From contig OX597818.1 in NCBI GenBank assembly GCA_951406725.2, positions 89,900,001-89,964,000 on the forward strand: a stretch of DNA of 64,000 bases, given 5' to 3'. The stretch comes from Octopus vulgaris. Its lineage: Eukaryota. Below, one piece after another: positions 24,661 to 38,944 of the stretch. Position numbers and translations under genes: made by a program. The notes under the pieces are model-generated. The model was not told the origin of the DNA, did no database searches, and saw nothing but the letters and a program-made list of their open reading frames with translations. Position 1 is the first letter of the stretch, and every line of letters starts with the position of its first letter.

Positions 24661-25590
24661 TGCTATCAAATATCTCCTCGATTTGTATGTATGAATTTTT
24701 AGGAAATTAAAAGTTATGACCAGTCATAGAGCGACCATTTCTCGTTATATTTTGAGAGTTACTTCCCTTGCATTAACTTGTCAATTATAACATTAACAAA
24801 CCAATTTGTTCAGATAGACTACTTACATTTTTCACGTTTCTAAGTTCAAATCAGGATGATTGTACAGAATAGCTTTGTAACAACTGAAAATTGATTTCAT
24901 TTCGTCGTGATGACGGCGAACTGTTGTGAGAGTTGTCTCCCTGTTAAGATGTCGCCCACATTTCTCACAATTTAGAATTGTTGAGTTGAGAACGAGCCGA
25001 GCCGTTGAAGCATCTCGTTATGACCAGAATGAAAGGTGGCAGGCTGACAGTATCATTAAGCTGTTGGAAGGGTACCTTGCTGTATTAGTTCCACCTCTCT
25101 TTGTTCTGATTTCAAATCCCACCAAACCAACCTTTTGCCTTTTATTCCTCGGAGGTCGGTAAAATTAAGTACCAGCCTAATACAGTTTTGAAGGTGCAGA
25201 TCAGTGGTTCCTAAACTTTTTCGGGCTGTTACCCGCTTGACACCCTAGCTCCCTCACTCCTATTTGCCACCTCAAACGTAAACCACTTTCTGCAACGAAT
25301 TCAAAACAATTGTATTTTACAAATAAAACTTAAACTAAACTTGAGGAGCAGGAGTGGCTGTGTGGTAAGTAGCTTGCTTACCAACCACATGGTTCCGGGT
25401 TCAGTCCCACTACGTGGTACCTTGGGCAAGTGTCTTCTACTATAGCCTCGGGCCGACCAAAGCCTTGTGAGTGGATTTGGTAGACGGAAAGCAAAAGAAG
25501 CCCGTCGTATATATATATATATATATATGGCGGTGCCCCAGCATGGCCACAGCTCATGAGCTGAAACTGGAAAAATCAAAAAATCAAATC

Positions 25591-25623
<33 letters not shown>

Positions 25624-25929
25624 AGTGTGTGTGTGGCAAAAACGGCTTAAGTAAATGGACCTACTCTAAGCATGTATTTGAAAACTCTTGGCAATCAGAT
25701 TGACCATAGATCCACGATATTTCTTGATTGACATTTCTTGTATCAAAAGTACTCTATCATAGATGTATTTACATATAAAGTAAACTTTTTTTGTATCTCA
25801 TATGCCCCTACTTTCACTTTCTTCCCATCATCTTTTTATGCATATCCCACACAAATTGTAGATTGTCCTTGTCATATCTTCCTCATCAGATACCCCAGTG
25901 GCAAATAAAAGAAAGCATCATCATCATTG

Positions 25930-25974
<45 letters not shown>

Positions 25975-25976
<2 letters not shown>

Positions 25977-26918
25977 TATGTTTGACTTTTGCTTTACGTT
26001 TTTACAAGTTGGCTCCAAGTCTCACCCAGAGACCTCAAGAGACAACAAGTTGAAAGTTCATGTTGGTGTTATGCCTAGGGTGCTATATATTTGGTTTTGT
26101 ACTTAGTGTTGTACTAGTGAATGTCTAAAAATCCATACGAAAATTATGTTTGTTTTAAAACTTGAGATTACATAGAAAGTATTTTGTGTAGGATATGAGC
26201 AGTTCCCATGAGCACTATCTTTTAAATTTCTGCCATTTTTGGGTTTCCTGGTTTAAAACAAAAATATAAAAAATATCAAAAATTGACTGAAGCATTCAAA
26301 TTTTAAATGGAAAGACTATTATTGTTCGATATGTGTACACCCATACACATCCATCTTTTTAAGTGTGCATGTCATGGGATTCTGCTATCATTCCCAGGGC
26401 ACCTATGACAAACAGGTATTGTTTTAGTCTTCAGGTTCCACATTTTGCTGATTTCTATTTCAAGATCTTTATATTTGCTCGGTTTTTGGTAGGTCTTGAC
26501 AGATACGTTTATATCAATTGGGACAGTCATATCAATGAGGAGGCATGTTTTTTGTCTGAAGTCTTTCAATATGATGTCTGGCCCATTTACATCTATCGTT
26601 CAGTCAGTTTGAATGGTGAAGTTCCAGAGGAGTGAGATGTGATCATTTTCAAGCACTGGAGGTGGTTTGTGTTCCCACCAGTTTTTATCATGGGGCAAGT
26701 CCAGGCTTTTGCAAATTACCCAGTGAATATATTGTGTAGCTCTATCATGCCTGTTGAGATACTCTGTAGGCACTAGAAGACTGCACTTGGAGACAACATG
26801 ATCAATGGTTTCATTTTGTTGTTGACATACACGACATGTTGGGCTTCTGCCATTCTTTAATATGTTAGCCTGGTACTTCCTTGTAGGTAGGCATTGATCT
26901 TGAGCTGCTATGATAAAC
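25975..26918 (-). mobile_element. R4/Dong-type LINE 3' part inserted in (TAA)n
   Basis: IAAQDQCLPTR...CRVC...ETIDHVVSKC...RHD...LLWNFTIQTD...LIDMTVP...KYKDLEIEI. (TTA)n tracts on both sides. Confidence 0.88.
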
Positions 26919-26952
<34 letters not shown>

Positions 26953-29344
26953 CATTATTATTATTATTATTATTATTGTTATTATTCATACAGCAGTAGT
27001 ATTAATAATTTTGTTGGTTTTGTTTACCAAACATCAAGCTACTCATGTCTTCAGATATCGAGTGCATCTCTTGAGATTTTAGCTGTATTAAGAAGACATC
27101 CTTTCTGTTGATTACCAAATATATTATTATCATTATCATTATTTTTCTTATTGTTTTTATTATAAAGGTGTCAACCTGGCAGAATCATTAGAGTGTTGGA
27201 AAAAATGCAATACAAAGACACAATTTTATGTAAGGGTGGGTTTCAATGTTCTTTTCTGGCATATCTTTTATTTATAGCAAGAGGAAACAAAGACATATAA
27301 AAAAAATCAGTCATCGCAGGGATTTAAACTCAAATCTAAAATACATCAAACATAGATACTATGAAGTATCAAAACCACTTCTATACCATCTGCACCAAAT
27401 ACTTAAAAAAAAACAAAAAAAAACACCCAGATATGTAATGTTGAAGAAATCAAAAAAATAATAATAATAATAATAATAAAATAGCTTTGTTACACACAAA
27501 CTATAAGACTAAAAATTTAGAATGGAATGGCAAGTGGAAAGTGAAACTGTAACATTCATGCCTTCCCAAAAGACATTAGCAACATATACATGAAAGTGTT
27601 TCCAAAAAGGAATCAAATTGTGTATTGGACAATTTTGAAATGGAAACTAGAGATTTTGTATAAATTTTTTATTTGTTTTTCTTTTTAATTTTTTTTTTTG
27701 ATTTGTTAGTTGTTTTGGATCTAGTTAAGAATAGGTGGCACAGTTTCAGATACAGTTGAGTCAACTGGGTCCTTGTGCCATTGTGATATTGTGACACAAA
27801 GTGTTGGTGTTGTTAACTACATCACAGCCTTGTGACACAGTGTAAAAAAAATATAATGGCACCATAGCACATAGTGGAGATGTCAAAAAAAATCAAGATT
27901 AATACCATGGCACAAGATTACAGTGAGTGCCACCCACATATCTGAACTATGGCACATTAGGATGGTGTCAGAAATAGCACCATGTCACAGTGATACAATG
28001 TGAGTGAGTCATAAAAATAAATAACAATTTTGGACAAAGAACATAAATAAATTAAAATAAGAACGTTTATAGTGGAAACAAAGCAACAAGACAAAGAAAA
28101 AAACGCAAGAAAAGAACAAAGCAAAAAGAAACAACAATTTTCTCATTCAATTCATCCATTGCAGATTGCCATAACAGTCACACTACAGTGTCACAAGTTC
28201 AAACCCAAAACAAGTCATTGCTGCTATTTCGTGTTTTTTTTTTTTTTTGGTTTCTCAGAAAATAGCAACATTTTCTTGCATTTTATTATTTTTTTCTTCA
28301 CAGACTACAAACCTCAGGGGACTAGTTCTACACTACTCCCCCTCTCGTGATTACCTCCTCTTCCTCGTCCTCCTTCTAGTATGCTCGCATGAATGCCACC
28401 CCACTCTCCAGGCCGTGGGAGTGAGGGTGGAGTGCTACTGTCACTAACCCAATTAACATATTGATTAACAGTTAATTAACAAGTATGTACAATTTCCGTT
28501 TGAAAAAAAAAAAACCAGAAACAAAAGATCCATATACGTTTGTTGTGGCTTTGTTGTCGTTCCATAAACATTCCCGTTCTTTCACCTCTTATGTGTGTAT
28601 GTATGCATATGTATGTGTGCGGGTACCTATGAGAGTATAGCACTCTTCTGACTATACTCCTGCATCATTTGTCCATCTATTCTACCCCTCTTAACTATTC
28701 TCTTTTGTCTGTGTCTTAAGCATTCTATTTCACCATTTGTACCTGTATGTCAATGTCCCCTAAACTCCTTTGTGTCCATACTATAGTAGTCTGAACTCCA
28801 GTCTGTTTTACCTGCGTCTATGTATGTATCACTGTCTGTCTGCTTGCCTGCTTGTCAACCTGTCTGCCTGTCTGTCTCTTCATCTGCCTGAATATCTCCC
28901 CCCCCCCCAACACCTTTCATGCTGCCATATATTATTTATTTGTTTTGTTTTTTTATGTTTTTTTTGTTGCTTTTTTTTGTTGTTTTAGTTTCGTTTTATT
29001 TTTATTAACGTCCTTCTTCATCTCTGATTTAACAACACTTTCTCCATACCCCCACGCATCCCCGAAATCTGTCTGTTCATCTAAGTGCAAATGTGGGTTT
29101 AAACAACAGTTTACGTTCCTTATGCAACTGCCCACCCCCCACCCCCCCCACCCGAGATAGATGGTGGTGGTCCTTCAGACAAATGGTTTACTTCGTCATT
29201 TTCAAAGACCCTAAATTTTCTAATTAATTGCTTTAATTAATTACTTTTGTTTTCAGTGACTTCATTAGACAAAAGGGGGGTGGGACGGGCGGGTAGATAA
29301 TGAATGGAGCAGGGTGGTGATGGGATTGGTATATATAATATATA

Positions 29345-29375
<31 letters not shown>

Positions 29376-29428
29376 ATGTATATAATAAAATATATATAAT
29401 ATATATATCATATATATATATATATATG

Positions 29429-29471
<43 letters not shown>

Positions 29472-29568
29472 ATATAATATATATTTATACTATAATATAA
29501 TATGATGTATATATATTATAATATATATATGTAAAATCTTTTGAGACTTTACAAAAGCTAAGCATTAT

Positions 29569-30020
29569 TTACTGCTCCTCTGACCGGTTTCTCATTTCGG
29601 CCATGACCTGCTCATAAGAAGGGGGTGGTGTTGTGTAGTCATCTTTATCGTTCGTGCAGGAATGGGGATATGGTGGATGACCAGGGTACTGAGGTGGGAG
29701 ATCCTTTGGAATCTGGTCAGGAATGTCAGTAACTATACTTGTTGGATCGGTTGATGTCTGCGCGCGGGGCGTGTATGGTGGCGAGGCCACTCCTGCTGCC
29801 ATTGCCGCTGCTGCTGTTGGCGCTGTTGTTGTCGACGCATTTGCTGTTGCCGTTGCACCCATTCGCTGTCGTCTCAGAGGCTGCTGCAGTATGCCAGGTA
29901 TGAGTAAGGTTTCAGAACTAGCTTCCTGTACCATCTGATGTCTCCTGAGGCATCGACCTATCACTAATACCACAATGGCCAACACCAATGCTATAGAGAT
30001 GCCCAAACCAATCAGTGTAG
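29569..30020 (-). CDS. Uncharacterised type I membrane protein, terminal exon: TM helix plus Pro/Ala/Thr-rich cytoplasmic tail with PPxY motifs
   Basis: Minus-strand acceptor tttttatattttcag at 30021-30035. LIGLGISIALVLAIVVLVIG is followed by basic RCLRR. LPPQY and PPPSYEQV motifs present. Stop TAA. Confidence 0.88.
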
Positions 30021-32355
30021 CTGAAAATATAAAAAAAGGAAAACAGACCAATAATAAGTATCTATAAGAAGATATCCACAATTTTAATACTCATCTGATG
30101 CATCATTATTATTATAATTATGAAGGTGGCAAGCTGGCAGAATCATTGGCTTGCTGGATGAAATGTATAGGCCTTGTGCCTATAGTAGAGAGAATTATTA
30201 TTATTCAGAGCAGCTGACTGGTTTCCTTGCCAGTGGCACATGAAAAAAATTCAAGCGAGGTCATTGTCAGTGCTGCTGGACTGGCTCCTGTGCAGGTGGC
30301 ACATAGAAAACACCATTTGAGCGTGATCGTTGCCAGTACTGCCTGACTGGCCCTCATGCTGGTGGCACGTAAAAGAACCCACTACATTCTTGGAGTGGTT
30401 GGCATTAGGAAGGGCATCAAGCTGTAGAAACTGCCAGATCAGAGTGGAGCCTGGTGCAGCCATCTGGTTCTCCAGACCTCAGTCAAATCGTCCAAACCAT
30501 GCTAACATGGAAAGCGGACGTTAAGCAATGTTATTATTATTATTATTATTATTATTTAAAAGGTGGTAAACTGGCAGAATTTTTGGCACACCAGGAAAAA
30601 TGCTTAGCAGCATTTCATCCGTTTTTATGTTTGGAGTTCAAATTTTGCCAAGGTCGACTTTGCTTTCATCTTTTCAGGGTCAGTTAAGTAAGTACCAGTT
30701 ATGCACTGAGGTAAATGTAATCAACTAGTTCCTTCCCCACAAATTTCAGGCCTTTTACCTTTAGTAGAAAGGATTAATATAATTATCATTAAAAAGGCAA
30801 TGAACTGGCAGACTTATTAGCACACCAGACGAAATGCTGCGCCACATTTGGTCCGTCTTTTCATTCTGAGTTCATCACTATGTTCTAAGTTCAAATTCCG
30901 CTGAGGTCGACTTTGCCTTTCATCCTTATGGGGTCGATAAGTTAAGTAACAGTTGCGTACTGGAGTCGATGTAATCGACTGAGCCCCTTCCCCCAAATTT
31001 CAGGCCTTGTGCCTATAGTAAAAAACGATTATTATTATTATTATTATTGGCAAACTGTCAGACTCATTAATATTGGAAAAGTTGTATAGAAAGACGTATA
31101 ACCTTTCTGTAGAGTTTATAAGGGAATGAAAACATCGTTCTCCTAATTTTATTACATGAATGATAACATGAGATTTCAGGGGGTAGACTACTGTCTCTTG
31201 TTTGGTGAAATCCGAAACACCAGATGAAGACATGTATCAATAAAAGAAACAGCTATATTGAAGTAAGGGAGACAACTAGCCTGCATTCATTTGCTTAACT
31301 CCCCTGCTGAAGTAGTTCTCAGTGAAAACCAGATACAAATAAATAAATAAATGCTTGCTCCTTAACTAATTGGTTTGGGATTTGGTCCAGCGGTACAGAA
31401 CCTTATACAAGTGTTTTCTACTGTCGGCTGATTAGGCTCTCTAAAGCCTTTTGGGTGAATTTGTCAGACGGAAACTGAAAGAAGACCGTCGTATACGATA
31501 GGAGTAAATAAGCAACACAATAGTGCTTCCAATATCCATATACAATATGCCTATGCGAAATATTACATATATATATATTAACATAAGATTGAGGTCTCAA
31601 TTCCTGGACTGGGCAATGTATTGTGTTCTTGAGCAAGACACTTCATTTTCCATTGCTCCAGTCCACTCAGCTGGCAAAAGTGAGTAATCCTACAATGACC
31701 AGCTTCCCATCCAGTGGGTAGGGTGAATATATAAGCCACAGAATCTGAGAAGCCAGCTATGTGAGCCTATGAAGGCCCTTTTTTGATAATACAAGAATAT
31801 GGTGCCAAGTGAACACAACCTGAATAAACCCCAAAATGTAGGTGAGATTTAAGTCGAATGACTAACACTGTTAATGGTTTATGGTTTTGGAGTGAAGGAA
31901 CGTGGTTTAGTGGTTAGGGTGTTGGGCCCATGAGCATAAGATCATGAGTTCAGGTGCTGGATTGGGTAATGCAGTTTGTCCTTGGACAAAGCACTTCACT
32001 TTTTATTGCTCCAGTTTACTCAACCAAAGAAATGATTACCACCTTTGTTCTGGTGAAGCTCTATTTACCTCTGGCTGTCACATCTTCAGTGTTCTGCTGG
32101 ATCAAACATGAGCAGAGTACCTATGAGCAATGTACCTATGAGCAGAATACCTATAAGCAGAGTATCTATGTCTAATTACATCTACATTGACTCCTAAAAC
32201 AATTAGCAAAGGCATAGCACAATCTACCAAGTCATACTCATTTGTGAGTGATGGCTAAGGAAGCTTCTTGAGTGAATAAGAGTGCCTCAATCTGCGAGAG
32301 AAAGAGCAGCCAAATTTCCTTCTATTCTCTTTTAAACAGGATGGATACATTCAAC

Positions 32356-32610
32356 AATGTAGTTCTCAACGAGGGTCCACCTGACCCTTGGGGCTCCTTA
32401 CAGGATTTTGTTGCTAAAAGTTATGTACAATAAATTGCTTATACTTCTAAAATCACATAATATTTTAACAATTTTTTTAATGCAATTCCAAGTAATATTT
32501 AATGATGAAAATTTAATAGGCTTTTTCAAACATCAAATGGCTATGAGGGTCCATCCAAGGAACATAGGAATCAAAGAGGTCTATAGGTAAAGAAAGTTTG
32601 AGAACCACTG
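32356..32610. mobile_element. Probable hAT-type MITE
   Basis: Ends gtagttctcaac ... gtttgagaaccactg resemble CAGTGGTTCTCAA TIRs. A similar single end is at ~25202. Confidence 0.5.
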
Positions 32611-32972
32611 TTTTCGATACACTGCATTTAGATAAAAGATGGGATTCTCATAACAGGAACATCTTTAATCAAAGGTCTGCTTGATCCTGGCTGACAGGGG
32701 TCTAGAGAAGAATATCAGCAAAAACAACTGATAGTTGTTGTTGTTTTCCCTTATGTCAAGCCTGATCTAACAGATCTGTGATCAAAGATGTGCCAACAAC
32801 CATGGCCATCCTGTCTTTTTCTTTTTTCAGCCACAGTGTATACAGAATTACATTATTTAATTAGTCTTCTTTATTTTTAAACTGCCAGGGGAGTTTTGAC
32901 TTAAGGAGGATTTGACTGTTGTTTCTGCCAGTCATGTAGAAGCTAGCTTTTTTTTTTAAACATTAAACTTAC

Positions 32973-33115
32973 TGTTTCTGGCCTGGTGACAGCGTAGAAA
33001 TCTCTTGGCTGGTCCCATTGTCCTGATATTGATTTCATGATAATATTTTTGAGCATCATTTCCACATAGTTTCTGTGCAACTGTCTCTGCGCATTCTAGC
33101 GATTCTTCGAGATAT
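32973..33115 (-). CDS. Membrane protein gene, exon (phase 2-1) YLEESLECAETVAQKLCGNDAQKYYHEINIRTMGPAKRFLRCHQARN
   Basis: atttcag acceptor, gtaagt donor, 143 nt open, phases match both neighbours. Confidence 0.85.
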
Positions 33116-33895
33116 CTGAAATATTCACAAAAAAAATTAGTGGTTTTCTAACAGAACAATGTTATGCCTTTCCACACTCCCTCTGTGTCTCTTTCACTGC
33201 TTATTTGGTTGTGTGAATGAAGCTGCGTGTATATCCAAAGATTTGGATATATGCTGTTTGATGACGCTTAGTCAAATACATATGTTAATTATCAATGCTC
33301 TCAAATTTAAAATCTTGAATTACTGTACTGAAGAGGAGAAAGAGTGAGTAGAAATATGATATTACATTTTTCACATCTCTCGAACTCTGAAATGCATACA
33401 CAGTTGATAAGAGCCAGGTGGATTCATTATTTTTTCTCTTTACCTGCGTGAGTTGTTGAGTATGGCTGCCTGTGAGATATCTTATGGTAGTAGAATAGTA
33501 TTTTAACTGCTATTCCTAAATTTTGGTATGTGGTGAAGCAAATTTTGCTGAACCCTAATTATACTCATAATTATAGAATTTCTGTATAAGTTTACTGATA
33601 ATGGTTCTTTTTACATACCGAACTATTTGATAAAATTATTAATTATTAATCAATTAATTTAATGTTACCCTTTATTATATATAAATATATATATATATAT
33701 GTATGTATATATATATATGTATATGTATGATGAGCTTCTTTCAGTTTCAGTCTACCAAATTCACTCACAAGGCTTTGGTCAGCCCAAGGTGCCATGCAGT
33801 GGGACTGAATCCAGAACCACACAGCCATGCCTACACCTATTATGAATAAGAACCCTATAAATGCACCAATGTTCTATAACAGTGTGCAAACTTAC

Positions 33896-34037
33896 CTGCA
33901 AACTTTCATTTTCATCATGTAATCATTCATCAATCTGACATTGTGTCGGTTGACTTTGTACTGAGCATCAATAGAACATTGGCTCATGTGTTCCTTGAAG
34001 TTTGCTGATGATGTACATGGTTTGATCTTCATGAGAA
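33896..34037 (-). CDS. Membrane protein gene, exon (phase 1-2) LMKIKPCTSSANFKEHMSQCSIDAQYKVNRHNVRLMNDYMMKMKVC
   Basis: gcatttcag acceptor, CAG|gtaagt donor, 142 nt open. Confidence 0.85.
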
Positions 34038-34199
34038 CTGAAATGCAAACAGACACAACTGTATTTCAGCTTGGTCTTGGACATGTGGAACAGCTGTAGT
34101 TAAATAGATGAAATTGTTTTTGACACCATCATTGCTACTTCAATATTAAAGGAAGGACAAAAGAAACAAACAATATAAGACCATGGACTTCACAATATT

Positions 34200-34740
34200 A
34201 TCATCATCATTATTGTTTAACGTCCGTTTTCCATGCTAGCATGGGTTGGATCGTTTGACCGGGGTCTGGGAAGCCAGGAGGCTGCACTAGGCTCCAGTCT
34301 CATCTGGCAGTGTTTCTATGGCTTGATGCCCTTCCTAATGCCAACCACTCCGAGAGTGTTGTAGGTGATTTTTATGTGCCACTGGCATTGAGGCCAGAGG
34401 AGGCTGGCAACAGCCACGATTGGTTGGTGCTTTTTATGTGCCACCGGCATGGAAGCTAGTCAAGGCAGCGCTGGCATCAGCCACATTTGGATGGTGTTTT
34501 CTACATGCCATCGGCATGGGTATCATAATTACAATTTCTATTTGATTTTTATTTTGATGTTGATGTTGATGTACTTGACTCAATAGGTATCCACAAGCAC
34601 AGTAGGTCGCCCTATGATCCAAGAGTTGCACAGCAGGCCATCCTGCGAGCCATGAACTCACTTCATTTGTTGGGTCTTTGCAGTCACAGCATTTCTCCAG
34701 AGGTCTCAGTCTTTCGTCATTGCCTCTGTGAGGCCTATCA
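34200..34740 (-). mobile_element. Repeat family E, (ATG)n-tailed, RTE-associated, with gtggcacgtaaaaagcacc sub-repeats
   Basis: Copies at ~30210-30530, 39880-40140(-), 40985-41190, 43970-44290, 52255-52560, 52995-53340(-), 61470-61830(-), 63890-64000. Confidence 0.75.
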
Positions 34741-35189
34741 TATGATAATAAAATGGATGATGATGATAATGGTGATGACAATAATGATAACGACGACAAC
34801 AATGATGATGATGACGATGACGATGATGATAATAATAATAATGATGATGATGAACTCTCCCAGCAAGGGTGGCATATGAGTATTCAGCTTTTGCCTAACC
34901 TGGATGGATGATTTGTTTTATAACGATCAAATATATGTGCTGTACATCAGCTCCCTCCCTCCCTTCCTCCACCAAATCAACATTGCTTGAACAGGTGCAC
35001 GGTGTACTACATGTCAGGTGTCAAAGTGATTGCAGAGAAATGTGATATGAAGTGTCTTGCTCAAGAACACAATGCACCACCTGGTCTAGGAATTGAAACC
35101 ATGGTTTGGCGATCATGAGTGCAACACCTTATCCATGAGGCCATGCACCCCCAAATAATAACAACAACAACAACAATAATAATAATGTC

Positions 35190-35900
35190 TTCCTTCTTAA
35201 CCACTAAGGGCTCACAAAAATATTGGGGATGTTACAGGATGATACAATGTGAGGTTGCATGAAAGAAATGTCAAAGAAAGAATAACAGTAGCAAAGAATG
35301 AATTCCAAACAATGACAAGTTCCTCAAAGGATGAGAACTTCAAGGGCTAGTTTGGTTACCATGACTACTAAGGCAAATACCTTCTCTGTTATCCTCCAAT
35401 CTACAGGCATGTGGCTAGAGCATACCACTTCCTTTGCACCAAGCTCACCACTCACTTTCACCTTTCAGCAAGAATGCTGGGAGACAGCACTTCTCTCTTC
35501 ACTTTCACTTTTCTTTTTAAGTGAAACTTGAAAAGTTGATGAGAGCTTGTATGAAGATGAAGGTGTCTGTTTTCAGACCTTTCAATCTGGCCTACCACAC
35601 AAACTCTTTCACTAAATCCACCAGATAGATGAACATTGCTGGCCCTTGCTGGCCAAAGCAAAGCAGTGGATCAACTTCACAATGGATTCAGCTAAAAGCT
35701 GGATCTATCCTACATATATCAGCCAGTGATCGATATAACTCCACAAGTCAGCAATGGTTGGACACTGGGTGTGTGCAGAGGAGTTTCATTGCTCTGTGTG
35801 CCACTTAGGCTGGCCTGGTTGATGGTATGCTCATGCATGTGAAGTTTATCCTGAATTGGCAACATGCCCACTTATAGCCCAGACTCAGGAAGGATCTTAA
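35190..35900 (-). mobile_element. Decayed L1/Tx1-like fragment, same family as 2880-4400
   Basis: Minus strand cagagcaatgaaactc...gtccaaccattgctgacttgtgg...tccattgtgaag aligns by eye to 3670-3800. Confidence 0.55.
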
Positions 35901-37009
35901 TCCATTATCCTTTTATCATATCACTGGCACAAGACCTGAAATTTTTGGCGGTGGTGGTGGGGTTTAGTCAATTATACTGACCCCTGTGTTTAGTTCTTAT
36001 TTCATTAACCTCAAAAGGATAAAAAGCAAATTTGACCTCAGAACATAGAGCTGGATGAAATGTCACTAAGTAGGAGTGGCTGTGTGGTAAGTAGCTTATG
36101 AACCACATGGTTTCAGGTTCAGTCCCACTGCGTGGCATCTTGGGCAGGTGTCTTCTACTATAGCCTCGGGCCGACCAAAGCCTTGTGAGTGGATTTGGTA
36201 GACGGAGACTGAAAGAAGCCTGTCGTATATATGTATATATATATATGTATGTGTGTTTGCATGTTTGTGTGTCTGTGTTTGTCCTCCGAACATCACTTGA
36301 CAACCGATGCTGGTGTGCTTACGCCTCCATAACTTAGGAGGAAATATCTCATATCCTGGACAGGATACTAAGAGCAAAATTGTATATTTGTACTAATACC
36401 ACTGAGCATTTCCCCAGCATGCTAACAATTTTGCCAGCATGCCACCATCGGGATAATATAATATTAAAATTCATAATTTAGATCTAACAAGGCGGTCAGC
36501 AGGAAGAAGCATTAGTACACCGGACAAAATGCTTAGCGGTATTTTGTCTGTCTTCGTGTTCTGAGTTCAAATTCCACCTAAGTCGACTTTGCTTTTCATC
36601 CTTTCAGGGTCAATAAATTAAGTACAAGTTGTGTACTGGGGTTGATTTAATTGACTGGACACACCCCACCAAATTCCAGAAAGGATAATTTAGATCTAAC
36701 AAATAGAGGAAGATGGGACAATGAGGAAGAAATATCTCATATCCTGAACAGGATACAAACAGCAATATCGTATATTTGTAGGCAAGATTGTACTAAGTTG
36801 CATCTTAGTATGTGCATGGTTATGTATGTGTGTGTGGACACATGTATAACTATAGATGAGTATCTGTGTGTGCCTACATTCATCTATATGCATGAGATTG
36901 TGTTTGACTGAGTAAAAAGTCATGGCCGTTGCATGTCACCCTCTCATTAACTTACAAAATATTCATGAAATAGCATGGAAAAATGAACAATAAAATGAGA
37001 GCAATGACA

Positions 37010-37560
37010 GTGCTGTTGTTGTTGCTACTGCTGCTACTGTTGCTATTGGTGATGATGATGGCGATTATAATGATGATGATGATGGTATAGAGGACAGTGG
37101 TGAAAATGATAGCAATGAAGCGGATTATGAGGTTGATAATGGTAGTGACGGTGGTGGTGGGTTGCATTGATGGTATGATGGTGGTGGCGATGAAGATGAT
37201 GGTGATGATGCAGTAATGACAAATAGAACAATGATGAGGATTATGATGGCAATGCTAATGATGATGACGATGACGACGACGACGACAATGATGATGATTA
37301 AGACAATGAGAGTGATGATGATGATAAGTGATGATGTGATGGCTGCAAATGATGATAATGATGATGGTGGTGGTGGTGGTGGTGGTGGTGGTGCTATGAT
37401 GATGATGATGAAGATGATAGTGGTGATGATGATGGTGATGCAGTAATGATAGCAATGATCAAGATTATTATGATAATGATGATGTGATGGTGGTGGTGGT
37501 GATGATGATGACACCAATGAAAAAGAATGTGATGATGATGATGATGATGATGAAGATGAT
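37010..37560. repeat. Long imperfect (GAT/GGT)n trinucleotide tract
   Basis: Directly visible. Confidence 0.95.
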
Positions 37561-37594
37561 ATAAATCATATATTAACAATAATGCTCAACATAC

Positions 37595-37722
37595 GCTCAA
37601 ACCCTTCATGACAAATATAGTTGAAAGATTCTTCAAATGATTCCAGAATTTTCTCAAATTCATCCTTGTCCACACATGGTTTCAACTTTTCTTCCACACA
37701 ATCTTTGAAGTTGTAGATTATT
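37595..37722 (-). CDS. Membrane protein gene, exon (phase 2-1) IIYNFKDCVEEKLKPCVDKDEFEKILESFEESFNYICHEGFE
   Basis: ttcttcttctgcag acceptor, gtatgt donor; the core of ORF 37566..37775. Confidence 0.87.
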
Positions 37723-38720
37723 CTGCAGAAGAAGAACACACAAATCAAAGAACGATAGTTACGATACTTTATCAAACAAAAATAAGTAAGTTGTTACCTG
37801 TTCTAGAAAAATGTTGAGTACAAAGAAAATTACATAATATAATATAATATAAAAGGATGAAATCCTTTCTGAGTTATATGGATCAATCCATTGCAGGATT
37901 ACACATTTTTGCTAGCTGGAGTAATGTGAAATGAAGTGTTTTGCTCAATAACACAACGCATAACCCAGTCCAGGAATTGAAGCCACTATCTTATGATCAT
38001 GAGTCCAACACCTTAACCACTTAGCCACATGCCTCCACTACATAATATAATGGTGATGGGCTCTCCTGTCGAAGATGATGTAATAGCGTTCAGCTTTTGC
38101 TGAATGACCCGCATAAATGATTTGTTTATAGTGATCAAATTGTATGTACTGTACATTAAACTTACCCACTTCCTCAAATCTATGTTGTCTGAACAGGTGC
38201 ACTGTGCACTACACATCAGGTGTCAAAGTGATAGCAACAGCAGCAGCAGTGGAGGTGCAGTGGCCCAGTGGTTAGGGCAGCGGACTCGTGGTCGTAAGAG
38301 CACGGTTTCGATTCCCAGACCAGGCATTGTGAGTGTTTATTGAGCAAAAACACCTAAGCTCCACAAGACTCCACAGGGGTGAACCCCGCTGTACTCTTTC
38401 ACCACAACTTTCTCTCACTCTTTCTTCCTACTTCTGCCACAAAGTAGAGGAACCATAATGTAACCGACTGTGGTGTGGTAAACTTTCAGACCCTAGTCTA
38501 GATTGCGAATCCTCTGTACCTTAGGATGGTTCAGCTCTCCACCCGTTAAAAGCCGCTGTTTACGGAATGAGGATAACAACGTAGCTTTCGAGCCCGTGCA
38601 ACCGCCAGTCTATCGCGTGTGGTGGGTGGATCTTCAAGTTGCCACACGCTTTCTTAGTAGCTTAGAGTAGGCTTGAATTAGAGATTATTCTTTGTGGATA
38701 ATGGTGTGAGTCCTGATTGG

Positions 38721-38856
38721 AAGAAGAAGAAGAAGAAGAAGAAGAAGAAGAAGAAGAAGAAGAAGAAGAAGAAGAAGAAGAAGAAGAAGAAGAAGAAGAA
38801 GAAGAAGAAGAAGAAGAAGAAGAAGAAGAAGAAGAAGAAGAAGAAGAAGAAGAAGA
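38721..38856. repeat. Perfect (AAG)n microsatellite
   Basis: Directly visible. A complementary (CTT)n tract is at 55979-56066. Confidence 0.95.
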
Positions 38857-38944
38857 TAAATTATGATAATAATAATAATAAATGCCCTGATGCAGTACCA
38901 GGCAGTGGCTCTCATGGCTTCTGATCTTAACTGATTGCAAGTGA

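Noticed and set aside
30021-30081. N-terminus of ORF 29569..30081 as a signal peptide or extra TM
   Set aside because: It is the polypyrimidine tract of the acceptor; the exon begins at 30020.
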